DNA of 64,000 nt, taken from Mobula hypostoma. Its lineage: Eukaryota. Below the pieces are notes generated by a model, which saw only the letters and a program-made list of their open reading frames with translations, made no database searches and had not been told where the DNA came from. Position numbers and translations under genes: made by a program. Where the stretch lies: contig NC_086108.1 in NCBI RefSeq assembly GCF_963921235.1, forward strand, positions 31,188,001 to 31,252,000. Reading direction: 5' to 3'. Shown here in pieces: positions 24,201 to 35,000 of the stretch (its first letter is position 1; every line of letters starts with the position of its first letter).

Positions 24201-26150
24201 ACCTCCCAGTTTCTCACCTTATCCCCCATCCCCCTCACCTCGTCTCATATATCACTTCCCAGTTTCTCACGTTATCCCCCATCCCCGTCACCCCGTCTCA
24301 TATATCACCTTCAAGTTTTTCACCTTATCCCCCATCCCCCTCACCTGGTCTCATGTATCACCTCCCAGTTTCTCACCTTATCCCCATCCCCTTCACCTCG
24401 TCTCATATATCACTTTCCAGTTTCTCACGTTATCCACCCTCCCCCTCACCTGGTCTCATATATCACCTCCCAGTTTCTCACGTTATCCCCCATCTCCCTC
24501 ACCTCATCTCATATATCACCTCCCAGTTTATCACGTTATCCCCCATCCCCCTCACCTGGTCTCATACATCACTTCCTAGTTTCTCACGTTATCCCCCATA
24601 CCCCTCACCTCATCTCATATATCACCTCCCAGTTTCTCACGTTATACCCATCCCCCTCACTTGGTCTCATAGATCACCTCCCAGTTTCTCACCTTACCCC
24701 CCATCCCCCTCACCTCGTTGCATATATCACTTCCCAGTTTCTCACGTTATCCCCCATCGCCCTCACCTCATCTCATATATCACCTCCCAGTTTCTCACGT
24801 TATCCCCTATCCCCCTCACCTCGTCTCATTTATCACCGCCCAGTTTCTCACGTTACCCCCACCCCCTCTCCTGGTCTCATATATCACTTCCCAGTTTCTC
24901 ACGTTATCCCCCATCCCCCTCACCTGGTCTCATTTATCACCTCCAAATTTCTCACCTTATTCCCCCATCCCCCTCACCTGGTCTCATATATCACCTCCCA
25001 GTTTCTCACCTTACCCCCATCCCCCTCACCTCGTCTCATATATCACTTCCCAGTTTCTCACATTACCCCCATGCCCCTCACCTGGTCTCATATATCACCT
25101 CCCAGTTTCTCACGTTATCCCCCATCCCCCTCACCCGGTCTCATATATCACCTCCCAGTTTCTCACCTTATCCCCCATCCCCCTCACCTGGTCTCATATA
25201 TCACCTCCCAGTTTCTCAAGTTATCCCCCATCCCACTCACCTGGTCTCATATATCACCTCCCAGTTTCTCACGTTATCCCGCATCCCCCTCACCTGGTCT
25301 CATATATCACTTCCTAGTTTCTCCTGTCATCCACCAACCCCCTCACCTCATCTCATATATCACCTCCCCGTTTCTCACTTTATCCCCCATCGCCCTCACC
25401 TCATCTCATATATCACCTCCCAGTTTCTCACGTTATCCCCCATCCCCCTCACCTGGTCTCATATATCACCTCCGAGTTTCTCACCTTATCCCCCATCCCC
25501 CTCACCTGGTCTCATATATCACCTCCCGGTTTCTCACCTTATCCCCCATTCCCCTCACCTGGTCTCATATATCACCTCCCAGTTTCTCACGTTATCCCCC
25601 ATCCCCCTCACCCGGTCTCATTTATCACCTCCCAGTTTCTCACCTTATCCCCCATCCCCCTCACCTGGTCTCATATATCACCTCCCAGTTTCTCACGTTA
25701 TCCCCCATCTCCCTCACCTGTTCTCATATATCACTTCCCAGTTTCTCACCTTATCCCCCGTCCCCCTTACCTCGTCTCATATATCACCTCCCAGTTTCTC
25801 ACGTTATCCCCCATCCCCCTCATCTGGTCGCATATATCACCTCCCAGTTTCTCACCTTATCCCCCATCCCCCGCACCTGGTCTGATATATCACCTCCCAG
25901 TTTCTCACGTTATCCCCCATCTCCCTCACCTGTTCTCATATATCACTTCCCAGTTTCTCACCTTATCCCCCATCCCCCTTACCTCGTCTCATATATCACT
26001 TCCCAGTTTCTCACCTTATCCCCCATCCCCCTTACCTCGTCTCATATATCACCTCCCAGTGTCTCACGTTAACCCCCATCCCCCTCACCTGGTCTCATAT
26101 ATCACCTCCCAGCTTCTCACGTTATCCCACATCCCCCTCACCTGGTCTCA
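15297..26150. repeat. 53-bp tandem satellite, right block
   Basis: Same monomer and same diagnostic variants as the left block; the last recognisable monomer ends near 26150. Confidence 0.98.
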
Positions 26151-26352
26151 CCTGTCACTTGCCAGCTTTGTACGCCTTTCCCTAACCCCATCTTCCTATC
26201 CTGGCTTCTACCCACTTTCTTTCCAATCCTGATGATGATTTTTAGCCCAAATCTTCGACAGTTTATTTTCCACAGTAACTGCTGTCTGACTTTCTGTGTC
26301 CCTCCAGCATTTTATGTGTGTTATCTGGCATCTGCAGAATCTCTTCTGTCTC
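26151..26352 (+). mobile_element. Decayed 3' terminus of a Penelope-like element, continuous with the last satellite monomer
   Basis: Pyrimidine tract, CCTGATGA..., ...CCTCCAGCATTTTATGTGTG...GCATCTGCAGAATCTC; homologous to the terminus that follows the GIY-YIG fragment at 41390-41811. Confidence 0.65.
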
Positions 26353-26379
26353 TGATTTGCCATTAAGCTTTATCCTTCT

Positions 26380-27080
26380 CACTTAAAGTCTATGCCTTTT
26401 CGCATTTGACATTTCCACCCAGGGATGAAGACTTCTTCTATCTACCTTCTCTCTCATCTTATAACATTTATATACTTCTCTCAAGTCATTTCTCAGCTTC
26501 CAACACCCCCAAGAAAACAATCCCAGTTTGTTCAAACTCTTCTTCATGCTGGTAACCTTCAGTCTGGACAAAATACTAGTGAACCTCTTCTGCACTTTCT
26601 CCGAAGGCCCATATCCCCCCTGTAGGTTGTTGACCAGGATTGCACAATTCACTCAATAGGCGGGCTATATGGCTACAACATGTCTTCTCAAATTTCATAC
26701 TCAAACCTTGAATGATGCAGACAAGAACTCCATGCCCCACCTTTACCACACTGTCCACTTGTATTGCCACTTCTCGCAATACTTCCACCCTAAAATCCCA
26801 CTGCACATTAATGGTGCTGTCATTTACTGTATACTTTTCTCTTGCAGTTGACCTCTCAAAACAGATTAAATCGATTGACCAGATTAAACCCCCACTACCA
26901 TTTCTCAGCTCAGGTTTCCACCTGATTTATATCTTGCTGTATCATTTGTCAACCCTCCCCGTCATCCACAACTCCAATAAGTTTTGAGCAATTTGCAGAG
27001 TTACTAATTAGACCGCCTACATTTAGATACAAATTATTCACTTATACTGCAAATATCAAAATTTTCAGGCCTGATTCTTA
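26380..27080 (-). mobile_element. Decayed CR1 ORF2 3' fragment
   Basis: Minus-strand translation EKVQKRFTSIL...LNKLGLFSW...LRNDLREVYK matches the C-terminus of the intact ORF2. Boundaries approximate. Confidence 0.75.
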
Positions 27081-27120
27081 TGAAAACAAGACAGGAATAA
27101 GCAAAAGGGATGGAAATATA

Positions 27121-27513
27121 TGCGGGGCGATTGATAAGTTCGTGGGCTAAGGTAGAAGGAGTCAATTTTAGAAAACCTGGCATATTTATGTTTCCTACAT
27201 TTACACACTTAGTCAGCGGTCATGGAGCTTACGGATCCCTTCTTTGTAGAAGTCGGCATCTTGGACCTCCAGAAGTGGTCCACAGCAGGGGTGATTGATA
27301 AGTTTGTGGCCTAAGGTAGAAGGAGATGAGTTATTAACTCCTTCGACCTTAGGCCACGAACTTATCAATCAGCCCTGCTGTGGATCACCTGGAGGTCCAA
27401 GATGCTCTCGTTACGTGCATGTGCAGTTCAACTCTTCAAGTGATAATGCAGAAAGTTTGGTTAATAACACATCTCCTTCTACCTTAGGCCACTAGCTTAT
27501 CAATCACCCCTTG
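27121..27513. mobile_element. mariner-type MITE with four copies of its terminal repeat
   Basis: TA-flanked. Terminal inverted repeat GGGG(C/T)GATTGATAAGTT(C/T)GTGG(G/C)CTAAGGTAGAAGGAG at both ends and twice internally. Confidence 0.8.
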
Positions 27514-27676
27514 TAGTAGCTATGATGGAATTTTGGTCAAAAGATGGGAAAGACAAGCAGCTCAGTGTTCCAGAGTACAGATACTACAGGTGTGACAGTA
27601 GTGAAAGGTGGGGGAGGAGTTATGTTTCTTAATTAAGGAGAACATCACAGTAGTATTTAGGATATCCCTCTTGAAT

Positions 27677-28130
27677 CATAGTCATAGTCAAACTTTATTG
27701 ATCCCAGGGGGAAATTGGTTTTCGTTACAGTTGCACCATAATAATAAATAGTGATAGAAATAGTAATAGAACCATAAATAGTTAAATAGTAGTATGTAAA
27801 TTATGCCAGTAAATTATGAAATAAGTCCAGGACCAGCCTATTGGCTCAGGGTGTCTGACCCTCCAAGGGAGGAGTTGTAAAGTTTGATGGCCACAGGCAG
27901 GAATGACTTCCTATGATGATCTCTGTTGCATCTCGGTGGAATCTCGTCTCTGGCTGAATGTACTGTGCCCACCCAGTACATTATGTAGTGGTTGGGAGAC
28001 ATTGACCAAGATGGCATGCAATTTAGACAGCATCCTCTTTTCAGACACCACCGTGAGAGAGTCCAGTTCCATCCCCACAACATCACTGGCTTTACAAATA
28101 AGTTTGTTGATTCTGTTGGTGTCTGCTACC
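27677..28130 (-). mobile_element. Rex1/Babar-type LINE 3' fragment
   Basis: Minus-strand RCNRDHHRKSFLPVAIKLYNSS C-terminus, AATAAA and (GACTAT)n tail; inserted in the CR1 EN region. Clade assigned by motif recall. Confidence 0.6.
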
Positions 28131-30080
28131 CTTCAAGAGGCTATATGGGTAGAATTACAAATAGAAGGGAGTAACCTCTCGGATGGGATTATACCACAGA
28201 CCATCCAAATGGCAGTGGGAATTAAAGGTGCAATTGCGTATGGATATCACAGATTGCTGTGGGAACAATAGCGGTATAATAGTAGGTGATTTTACTTTCC
28301 TTAGTATTAACTGGGACTGCAATAATGCCAAGGGATTCGATGAGGCAGAATTTGTTAAGTAAGTCCAGGAAAGTTTTCTCAAGCAATATGTAGAGAAAGG
28401 GCAACTCTGGGCCTCCTATTCATAAATGAGGCAGGGCAAGTTGCTGGAGGTGTCTGTCAAGTGTCAACTTGGGAACAGTGACCATGATTCTATCAATGTT
28501 AAAACAGTTATGGAAAGAGATAGGACTGCCCCATGAGTTAAACTGGCAGAGACTTTGAATGACTATTTTGTGCCGGTCTTCATGGTAGAGGACATGTCTA
28601 ACATGCCAAAGAGAGATGTGATGGATGTGATGGGAGGTGAGAATCTCGATACAATAGGTATCATTAAAGAGGTAGTGCTGGGCAAACTTGTCGGCCTGAA
28701 GATAAATAAGAACCCTGGTGCTGGTGGGATGCATCCCAGGGTACTGAAAGAAATGGCAGAAGTTATAGTAGAGCTTTGGTGATAATTTACCAAAATTCTC
28801 TAGACTCTGGGCAGGTCCCGGCGGATTGGAAGATGATGAATGTCACGCTACTGTACAAAAACAGTATGTAGGTAAAAGGGAGGTAACTATTGGCCAGTTA
28901 GTTTAACAGCTGTAGTTGGGAAAATGCTTGAAGCTATCGTTAAAGAACAAATAGCAAGACATCTGGAAAGAAATGGATCCATCAGACAGACGCAGCATGG
29001 ATTCAGCAAAGGCAGGTCCTGTTTGACAAACTTACTGGAGTTCTTTGGAGTGCAGTAGATAGAGGGGAACAGATGGATGATATTTACTTGGATTTTGATA
29101 AGGTGCAGCATAAAAGACTTATCCATAAGTTAAGGATTCATAGAGTTGGGGTGATGTATCAGCATGGATAGAGGATTGGTTAGAAAGTAGAAAGTTGGGA
29201 TACATGGGTGTTTCTCTGATTGGCACTCAGTGGTGAGCTGTGTGCCACAGGGGTCAGTGCTGGGCCTGCAACTGTTCACGATATACATTAATGATCTGGA
29301 AGAGGGGACCGAGTGTAGTGCATCTAAGTTTACTGATGATACTAAATTGAGCAGAAAAGCAAATTGTGCAGAAGATAGGAAGAGTCCGCAGAGAGATATC
29401 AATAGGTTAAGTGAGTGGGCAAGGGTCTGGCAGATGGAGTGCAATATTGGTAAATGTGAGGTCATCCACTTTGGAAGGAAAAATGGAAAAGCAGATTATT
29501 ATTTAAATGGTATAAAATTGCAGCATGCTGCTGTAGAGAGGGACTTGGGAGTACTTGTGCATGAATCACAAAAGGTTGGTTTGCAGGTGCAGCAGGCTGT
29601 CAAGAAGGCAAATGGAATGTTGGCCTTCATTGCTCGAGGGATTGAATTTAAGAGCAGAGAGATTATGCTGCAACTGTACAGGGTACTAGTCAGGCCGCAC
29701 CTGGAGGACCGCATGCAGTTCTGGTCTCCTTGCTTGAGGAAGGATATACTCTCTTTGGAGGCAGTGCAGAGGAGGCTCACCAGGTTGATTCCAGAGATGA
29801 GGGAGTTAGAGTATGAGGAAAGATTGAGTTGCCTGGGATTGTACCCGCTGGAATTCAGAAGAATGAGAGAAAATCTTATAGAAACATATAAAATTATGAG
29901 AGGGGTAGATAAGATAGAGGCAAGTAAGTTGTTTCCACTGGTAGGTCAGACTAGAACTAGGGGACATAGCCTCAGGGAATAGATTTAGGACTGAGATGAG
30001 GAGCAACTGCTTCTCCCAGAGAGTGGTGAATCTGTGGAATTCTCTGCCCAATAAAGCAACGGAGACTACCTCAGTAAATA

Positions 30081-30929
30081 CGGTGGCATGCAAAAGTTTG
30101 GGCACCCCTGGTCAAAATTTCTGTTACTGTGAATAGCTAAGTGATTAAAAGATGAACTGATTTCCAAAAGGCATAAAGTTAAAGATGACACTTTTCTTTA
30201 ATATTTTAAGCAAGAAAACTTTTTTTATTTCCATCTTTTACAGTTTCAAAACAACAAAAAAAGGAAAAGGGCCGGAAGCAAAAGTTTGGGCACCCTGTAT
30301 GGTCAGTACTTAATAACACCCCCTTTGGCAAGTATCACAGCTTGTAAACACTTTTTGTAGCCAGCTAAGAGTCTTTCAGTTTTTGTTTGGGGGATTTTCG
30401 CCCATTCTTCCTTGCAAAAGGCTTCTAGTTCTGTGAGATTCTTGGGCCATCTTGCACACACTGCTCTTTTGAGGTCTATCCACAGATTTTTGATGATGTT
30501 TAGGTCAGGTGACTGTGAGGGCCGTGGCAAAACCTTCAGCTTGCACCTCTTGAGGTAATCCATTGTGGATTTTGAGGTGTGCTTAGGATCATTATCCTGT
30601 TGTAAAAGCCATCCTCTTTTCATCTTCGGCTTTTTTACGGTGTGATGTTTGATTCCAGAATTTGCTGGCATTTAATTGAATTCATTCTTCCCTCTACCAG
30701 TAAATGTTCCCCCGCCACTGGCTGCAACACAAACCCAAAGCATGATCAATCCACCCCCGTGTTTAACAGTTGGAGAGGTGTTCTTTTCATGAAATTCTGC
30801 ACCTTTTTTTCTCCAAACATACCTTTGCTCATTGCGGCCAAAAAATTCTATTCAAAAGGTTCAAAGGAACATCAAAACAAGCCTGATGCATTTTGGAAAC
30901 AAGTTCTGTGGACTGATGAAGTTAAAATA
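30081..30929 (-). mobile_element. Truncated Tc1-family DNA transposon with IR/DR-type end
   Basis: TA then CGGTGGCATGCAAAAGTTTGGGCACCC; CAAAAGTTTGGGCACCC recurs near 30279 (inner direct repeat); transposase remnant follows. The second end was not found. Confidence 0.85.
30303..30852 (-). pseudogene. Tc1 DD34E transposase C-terminal remnant
   Basis: PTVKHGGG, QQDNDPKHTS, PSQSPDLNIIKNLW (catalytic E replaced by K); frameshifted. Confidence 0.85.
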
Positions 30930-30981
30930 TATTGTATTTTCTGGCAATTTTGTGTCTCTGTACAGTACTGCTGCTGTAGAA

Positions 30982-31842
30982 TGTGACGAGAATACACATA
31001 AAATTAAGATGTTTGCTGGCCTGGGTTAGCATCAGTGACATCAGCAAGTGGTCTGCCACCTGTCCTCAGGGGAAGGAGAGATAAGGAACAATGGAGCAGC
31101 GTCTGGAGATGTGTAATGAAGGGACGGGGGAGAGAGAGCTGTCTGGAGCGGCTCCCCGCTTTGAACCTTGAACTGTTTGAAGTGATGGACAGGCGATACC
31201 CCAGCAGGGGGATAAAAAGGGACCGGTTCGCTAAGGCAGGACACATGCCACCCGAGGTAACGAGACCCTGGAAGCGGTGCGCCTCTCACGAGTCGGTGGG
31301 AAGTATCAGACAACGGCCAGGGTGGAAATGTACGATCAGCGGGAACCCGGTGTGTGTCCACCCTTGCCTGGGTGCCGGGTTCACTGCAGAGGATCGACCG
31401 CATCTGGAGGAGGGGTCACAGTCGGTGACCTCAGGTGACATCACCAAGGACCCGCCCAAAAGCTGCTTGTGAGCCATATCGCCGGTCTGTGAGTGAAGCC
31501 GTGTCTGAATGATCAGTTGTTCCTGTTCCCTCTCTCTCTCCCCCCACGTTGTCCATCGCCATGGCAACGATTACTGCGAACTGAACTACTAAACTGGACT
31601 GAATTTTGAGTCACTTTGAAATTTGGTCATTTACCCCTAGACAACGATAGAGCTTGGTTGATGCTGTTATCTTAATTCTGTGCACATGTGTGTTTATCAT
31701 TGCTGAACTGTTGCATTTATTATCCTTTCGATTACTGTGTTACTTGTTTCTTTAATAAAACTTTCTTAGTTCTAGTAATCCAGACTCCAACTGAGTGATC
31801 CATTTCTGCTGGTTTGGCAACCCAGTTACGGGGTACGTAACA
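30982..31842 (+). mobile_element. Solo LTR (861 bp), probably Gypsy-type
   Basis: TGTGACG...CGTAACA termini, AGAA 4-bp duplication on both sides (30978-30981, 31843-31846), GATAAAA near 31211, AATAAA near 31754, CpG-rich. Confidence 0.85.
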
Positions 31843-32559
31843 AGAACAACAAATGCCTTGCCATATAACTCAGCGATAATAATTCTGATTCTGAACTATA
31901 AGAATGGGGTTTCCTGGAATTGGCTGATGTTGGGGGAAGAGATGGGCCTGGAAATTATCAAACATATGATAACTACTTTCATATTGTTCAGTTAAAAACA
32001 CTTTCATCGATAACCATACCTACTCCACACCTTCTAGCCAGGTTAGAGGCTCCTGACTGCCAAAAGACAACTTATATTTATCTCGATTAGCTCCTGATGT
32101 TTTTACGACGTTTTGTTGGGAAGGAGTTTTGGGAATGGTTTGTGGCTTACATTTTCTGAAACAATAGGAGTGAGCTTAAAATATTTGAATGTAACTTCTC
32201 CTAGTTTTGTTGTTTGTCTTCACACAGCTATTTCATATTTATATGCAAAAACCCACAACTATTATTTCCAGTTATTCCAGTCACTGCATATCCTCCCTGG
32301 ATAGTTGTCTGCATGCTTGTAAAACTTCAGAGACCATAAAAAGCTAACATAGCACCGAGACTGCCCACTTAGTTTAGATTTTCTTTTCCATGATGAAAAT
32401 TGCAAATACAAACCATCTGGTCAATATCATAGCACTCTCTGACATGCCAAGTATTCCCTGCATCCTTCCTCATTTATTTGGCAAGGGTATGCATCATGAC
32501 TTCAAAGCGTTCTGACTCCATTCCTATCTTTTTACACCAGAAGACTATGGGACAACTGG

Positions 32560-32875
32560 CAGGTCTCTGCCTTAGAACTCCAGTGACCCAGGTCCCTTCT
32601 TGACCTTGGAGGTCATTTTCTGTCTAGTTTGCATGCTCGCTCCTCGACTGCTTGGGTTTTCTCCAGATTGTCCAGTTTTTTCCCACAGATATATATGGTC
32701 AATAGTGTTATCGGTCAGTATAGGATGACGTCTGGTACGTAGATCCATGGTAAAGTCTGGAGGGAGGGTGTTAGTTGATGGGAATGTGGGGGAATTAACG
32801 AAACAGGACTAGCGCAGGATTAGCGTAAATGGATGGTTGCTGGATGGCATGATCTTATTGGATTGGATGGCTTTG
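32560..32875 (+). mobile_element. Decayed V-SINE (HE1-like) relic
   Basis: AGTTTGCATGCTCGCTCC...GCTTGGGTTTTCTCCAGATTGTCCAGTTTTTTCCCACA resembles the V-SINE central domain; recognised from memory, boundaries approximate. Confidence 0.5.
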
Positions 32876-33035
32876 AGTTGCACAGTTCAGAAACAGTCCA
32901 TTACATCCATATCAACCTTTTTTGTCCACCTATACTAATTTAATTTGTCTGTATTAAGTTCTATGTTGTCATGTTATCTGCTAACCTACTAATCATACCA
33001 GCAATGTTCTCATCCAAATCAGTAAAATGTATCAC

Positions 33036-33625
33036 AGGCAACACAGAAAATGATTGAAAAACCTAGCAGGTCAGACAACATATACAGTATGGAAGGAAAC
33101 GGACAGTTGGTATTGAGACCCTTCATCAGGACTAAAGGGAAGAGAGGAGACAGCCAGTATAAAAAGGTGGGATGAAATACAGAGCAGGAGCTGACAGTCA
33201 TCAGGTGGATGCAGGAGATGGGGGAGAAGGAGATTATGAATGATGTAAAAAGCTGAGAGGTGATAGGTGGAAGTGACTAAGGGTTGAAGGTGATGGAAAT
33301 CTGATAGGATGGGACAGTGGAGCATAAAACAAAGGAAAGGAGGACAGAAAGGAAACGAGTGAGGAATGTGTGGATGATTCATTGGTAGATTCAAAGTGTA
33401 GGGGAGGGGAATTAGAAAGCGTGATGGAGCCTTTGGGATAAGGAAACATAAAGGGACCAAAGGGGGTGGAGGGGAGTGTGGTGCTTACCAGAAGTTAGAG
33501 AAATCGACGTTCATGCCATCAAGTTGGAGATTACCAAGGTGGGATATGTATCTAGCCTCATCTTGGCAGTAAATAAGCCATTGACAGGCATTTTAATTCC
33601 ACTTCTCATTCCCACACCAACATGT
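33036..33625 (-). mobile_element. Penelope-like element 3' fragment
   Basis: The minus strand reads ...CTCCAACTTGATGGCATGAACGTCGATTTCTCTAACTTCTGGTAA (GIY-YIG ORF end), a pyrimidine tract, then AGTCCTGATGAAGGGTCTC; homologous to 41130-41811. Confidence 0.75.
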
Positions 33626-34184
33626 CTTTCTCAGCATGTATCACAAACAAGAAGGGGTCGTGCAGTGGTTGGGGCTGTGGTGCGCTTTCTCGATGGAAGT
33701 CTGCCACTTAGGATTTTATTGTCACACAAGTAACACCTCACATTACAGGATTCCGAGGAAACTGAGATCTCAGGGTCACTTGGAATTGCAGTGCTGCAGA
33801 AAATGTGACCAATGGTAAAGCATAGTGTTGGCAGGGATCCGATGCATATAATGAGTATGAAGGGTCTGAATGAAGCCTTTTCTTCCTTGAACTTTCATTC
33901 AAAGTCTATTTGGCCATTCCCTTTTTTTTTCTAAATGATCTATATTAGGAACACCAAAAATTGTATTTCTCAATAGTTGGAATCAACATGAAGACAATGG
34001 CAGATGTATAAGTTGTGAAAATACTCAAAAACAGGTACTTTCCCCATGCAGTAAAGATGATCATTCCCTCCACACCCCTCTCCCCACCACCACCACTTTA
34101 TCATTTCCTGTCAGAGTCACCTGATGTACAGAACTGGATAGCTCAACAGAAAATTCTGGTCAAAGATTTGTTGCTTTAGCTTGA

Positions 34185-34990
34185 AGATTCAAGATTGATG
34201 TTATTTCCTGTACACAAGTGTAAAGGAAAACACCATAATTATTACTCTAAATCTAATGCAGCACAAAAATAAGAACAACAAGATAAAGAACACAATAATA
34301 AAAATACAATAAATATCAACGTGTAAGATAGCTTATATGAATAGAATGATTGTATGTCCATAAAGTGGCACTAGGCAAAGCAGCAACTCAGACGCAAAAA
34401 GTAGTGGTGGTGGAGGGTGTGGATGGGTGGGTTAGTGGGCAGAGGTGTTGATCATCCTTACTGCTTGGGGAAAGTGACTGTTAGTGAGTCTTGTGGTCCT
34501 GGCACGGATGCTGCGTAGCCTTCTTCTTAATGGGATTGAGGAGACAGTTCATAAGCAGAGTAGGTGTGATCCTTCATGAGTTTACTGACCATTTTCTGGC
34601 ACATTTTTGTATATGTGTCCTTGATTGAGGGTAGGCTGGTATCTGGGTATCAGTGATGTGTTGATCAATCTTGACTACCCGTTGCGGAGCCTTCTCGTCT
34701 GCTGCAGCGCAGTTCGTATACCATGCCGTGCAGCAAGTTAGGATGCTCTCTATTGTGCCTCTGTAGGAGGTCATGAGTATTGATGTGCACGGTCGAGCTC
34801 TGCTTACCCTTCTCAGAAGATAGAGGCCACGGTGAGCTTTCCTGTTGGTGTAGGATGTGTTCTGGGACCGTGAGACTTTGTGCGAGATGTGTGCTCCCAG
34901 GAACTTGAAACTGCTAGTAGTTTTCACTGCTGTGTCGCTGATGTAAGAACAGGTGTAAGTGGTGCAAGTTCTCATGAAGTTAATAACCAT
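34185..34990 (-). mobile_element. Rex1/Babar-type LINE 3' fragment
   Basis: FKFLGAHIS...RKAHRGLYLLRR...YRGTIESILTCCTAWY (ORF 34574-35011) and (TCTTGAA)n tail. Confidence 0.75.
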
Positions 34991-35000
34991 TTCCTTTCTT

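Larger units (their letters stand above)
27090..30078 (+). mobile_element. Decayed, internally deleted and interrupted CR1 ORF2 (EN to C-terminus)
   Basis: EAIWVELQ, GDF, KNPGAGGMHPRVLKE, QHGF and VPQGSVLG...FTDDTKL (ORF 29230-29982), with stops and frameshifts. Interrupted by a MITE and a Rex1-like fragment; cut off at a Tc1 end. Confidence 0.85.

Noticed and set aside
42..26072. Long Pro/Ser/His-rich ORFs (up to 988 aa) resembling extensin or mucin proteins
   Set aside because: They are translations of a stop-free 53-bp satellite: open in all three + frames with the same peptide, mostly non-ATG starts, and broken by 1-nt indels.
1..26150. CRISPR-like array
   Set aside because: Monomers are contiguous with no unique spacers, there are no cas genes, and the context is eukaryotic.
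31004..31567. ORFs inside the 861-bp LTR
   Set aside because: GC-rich LTR sequence open on both strands, with no gag, pol or env motifs.
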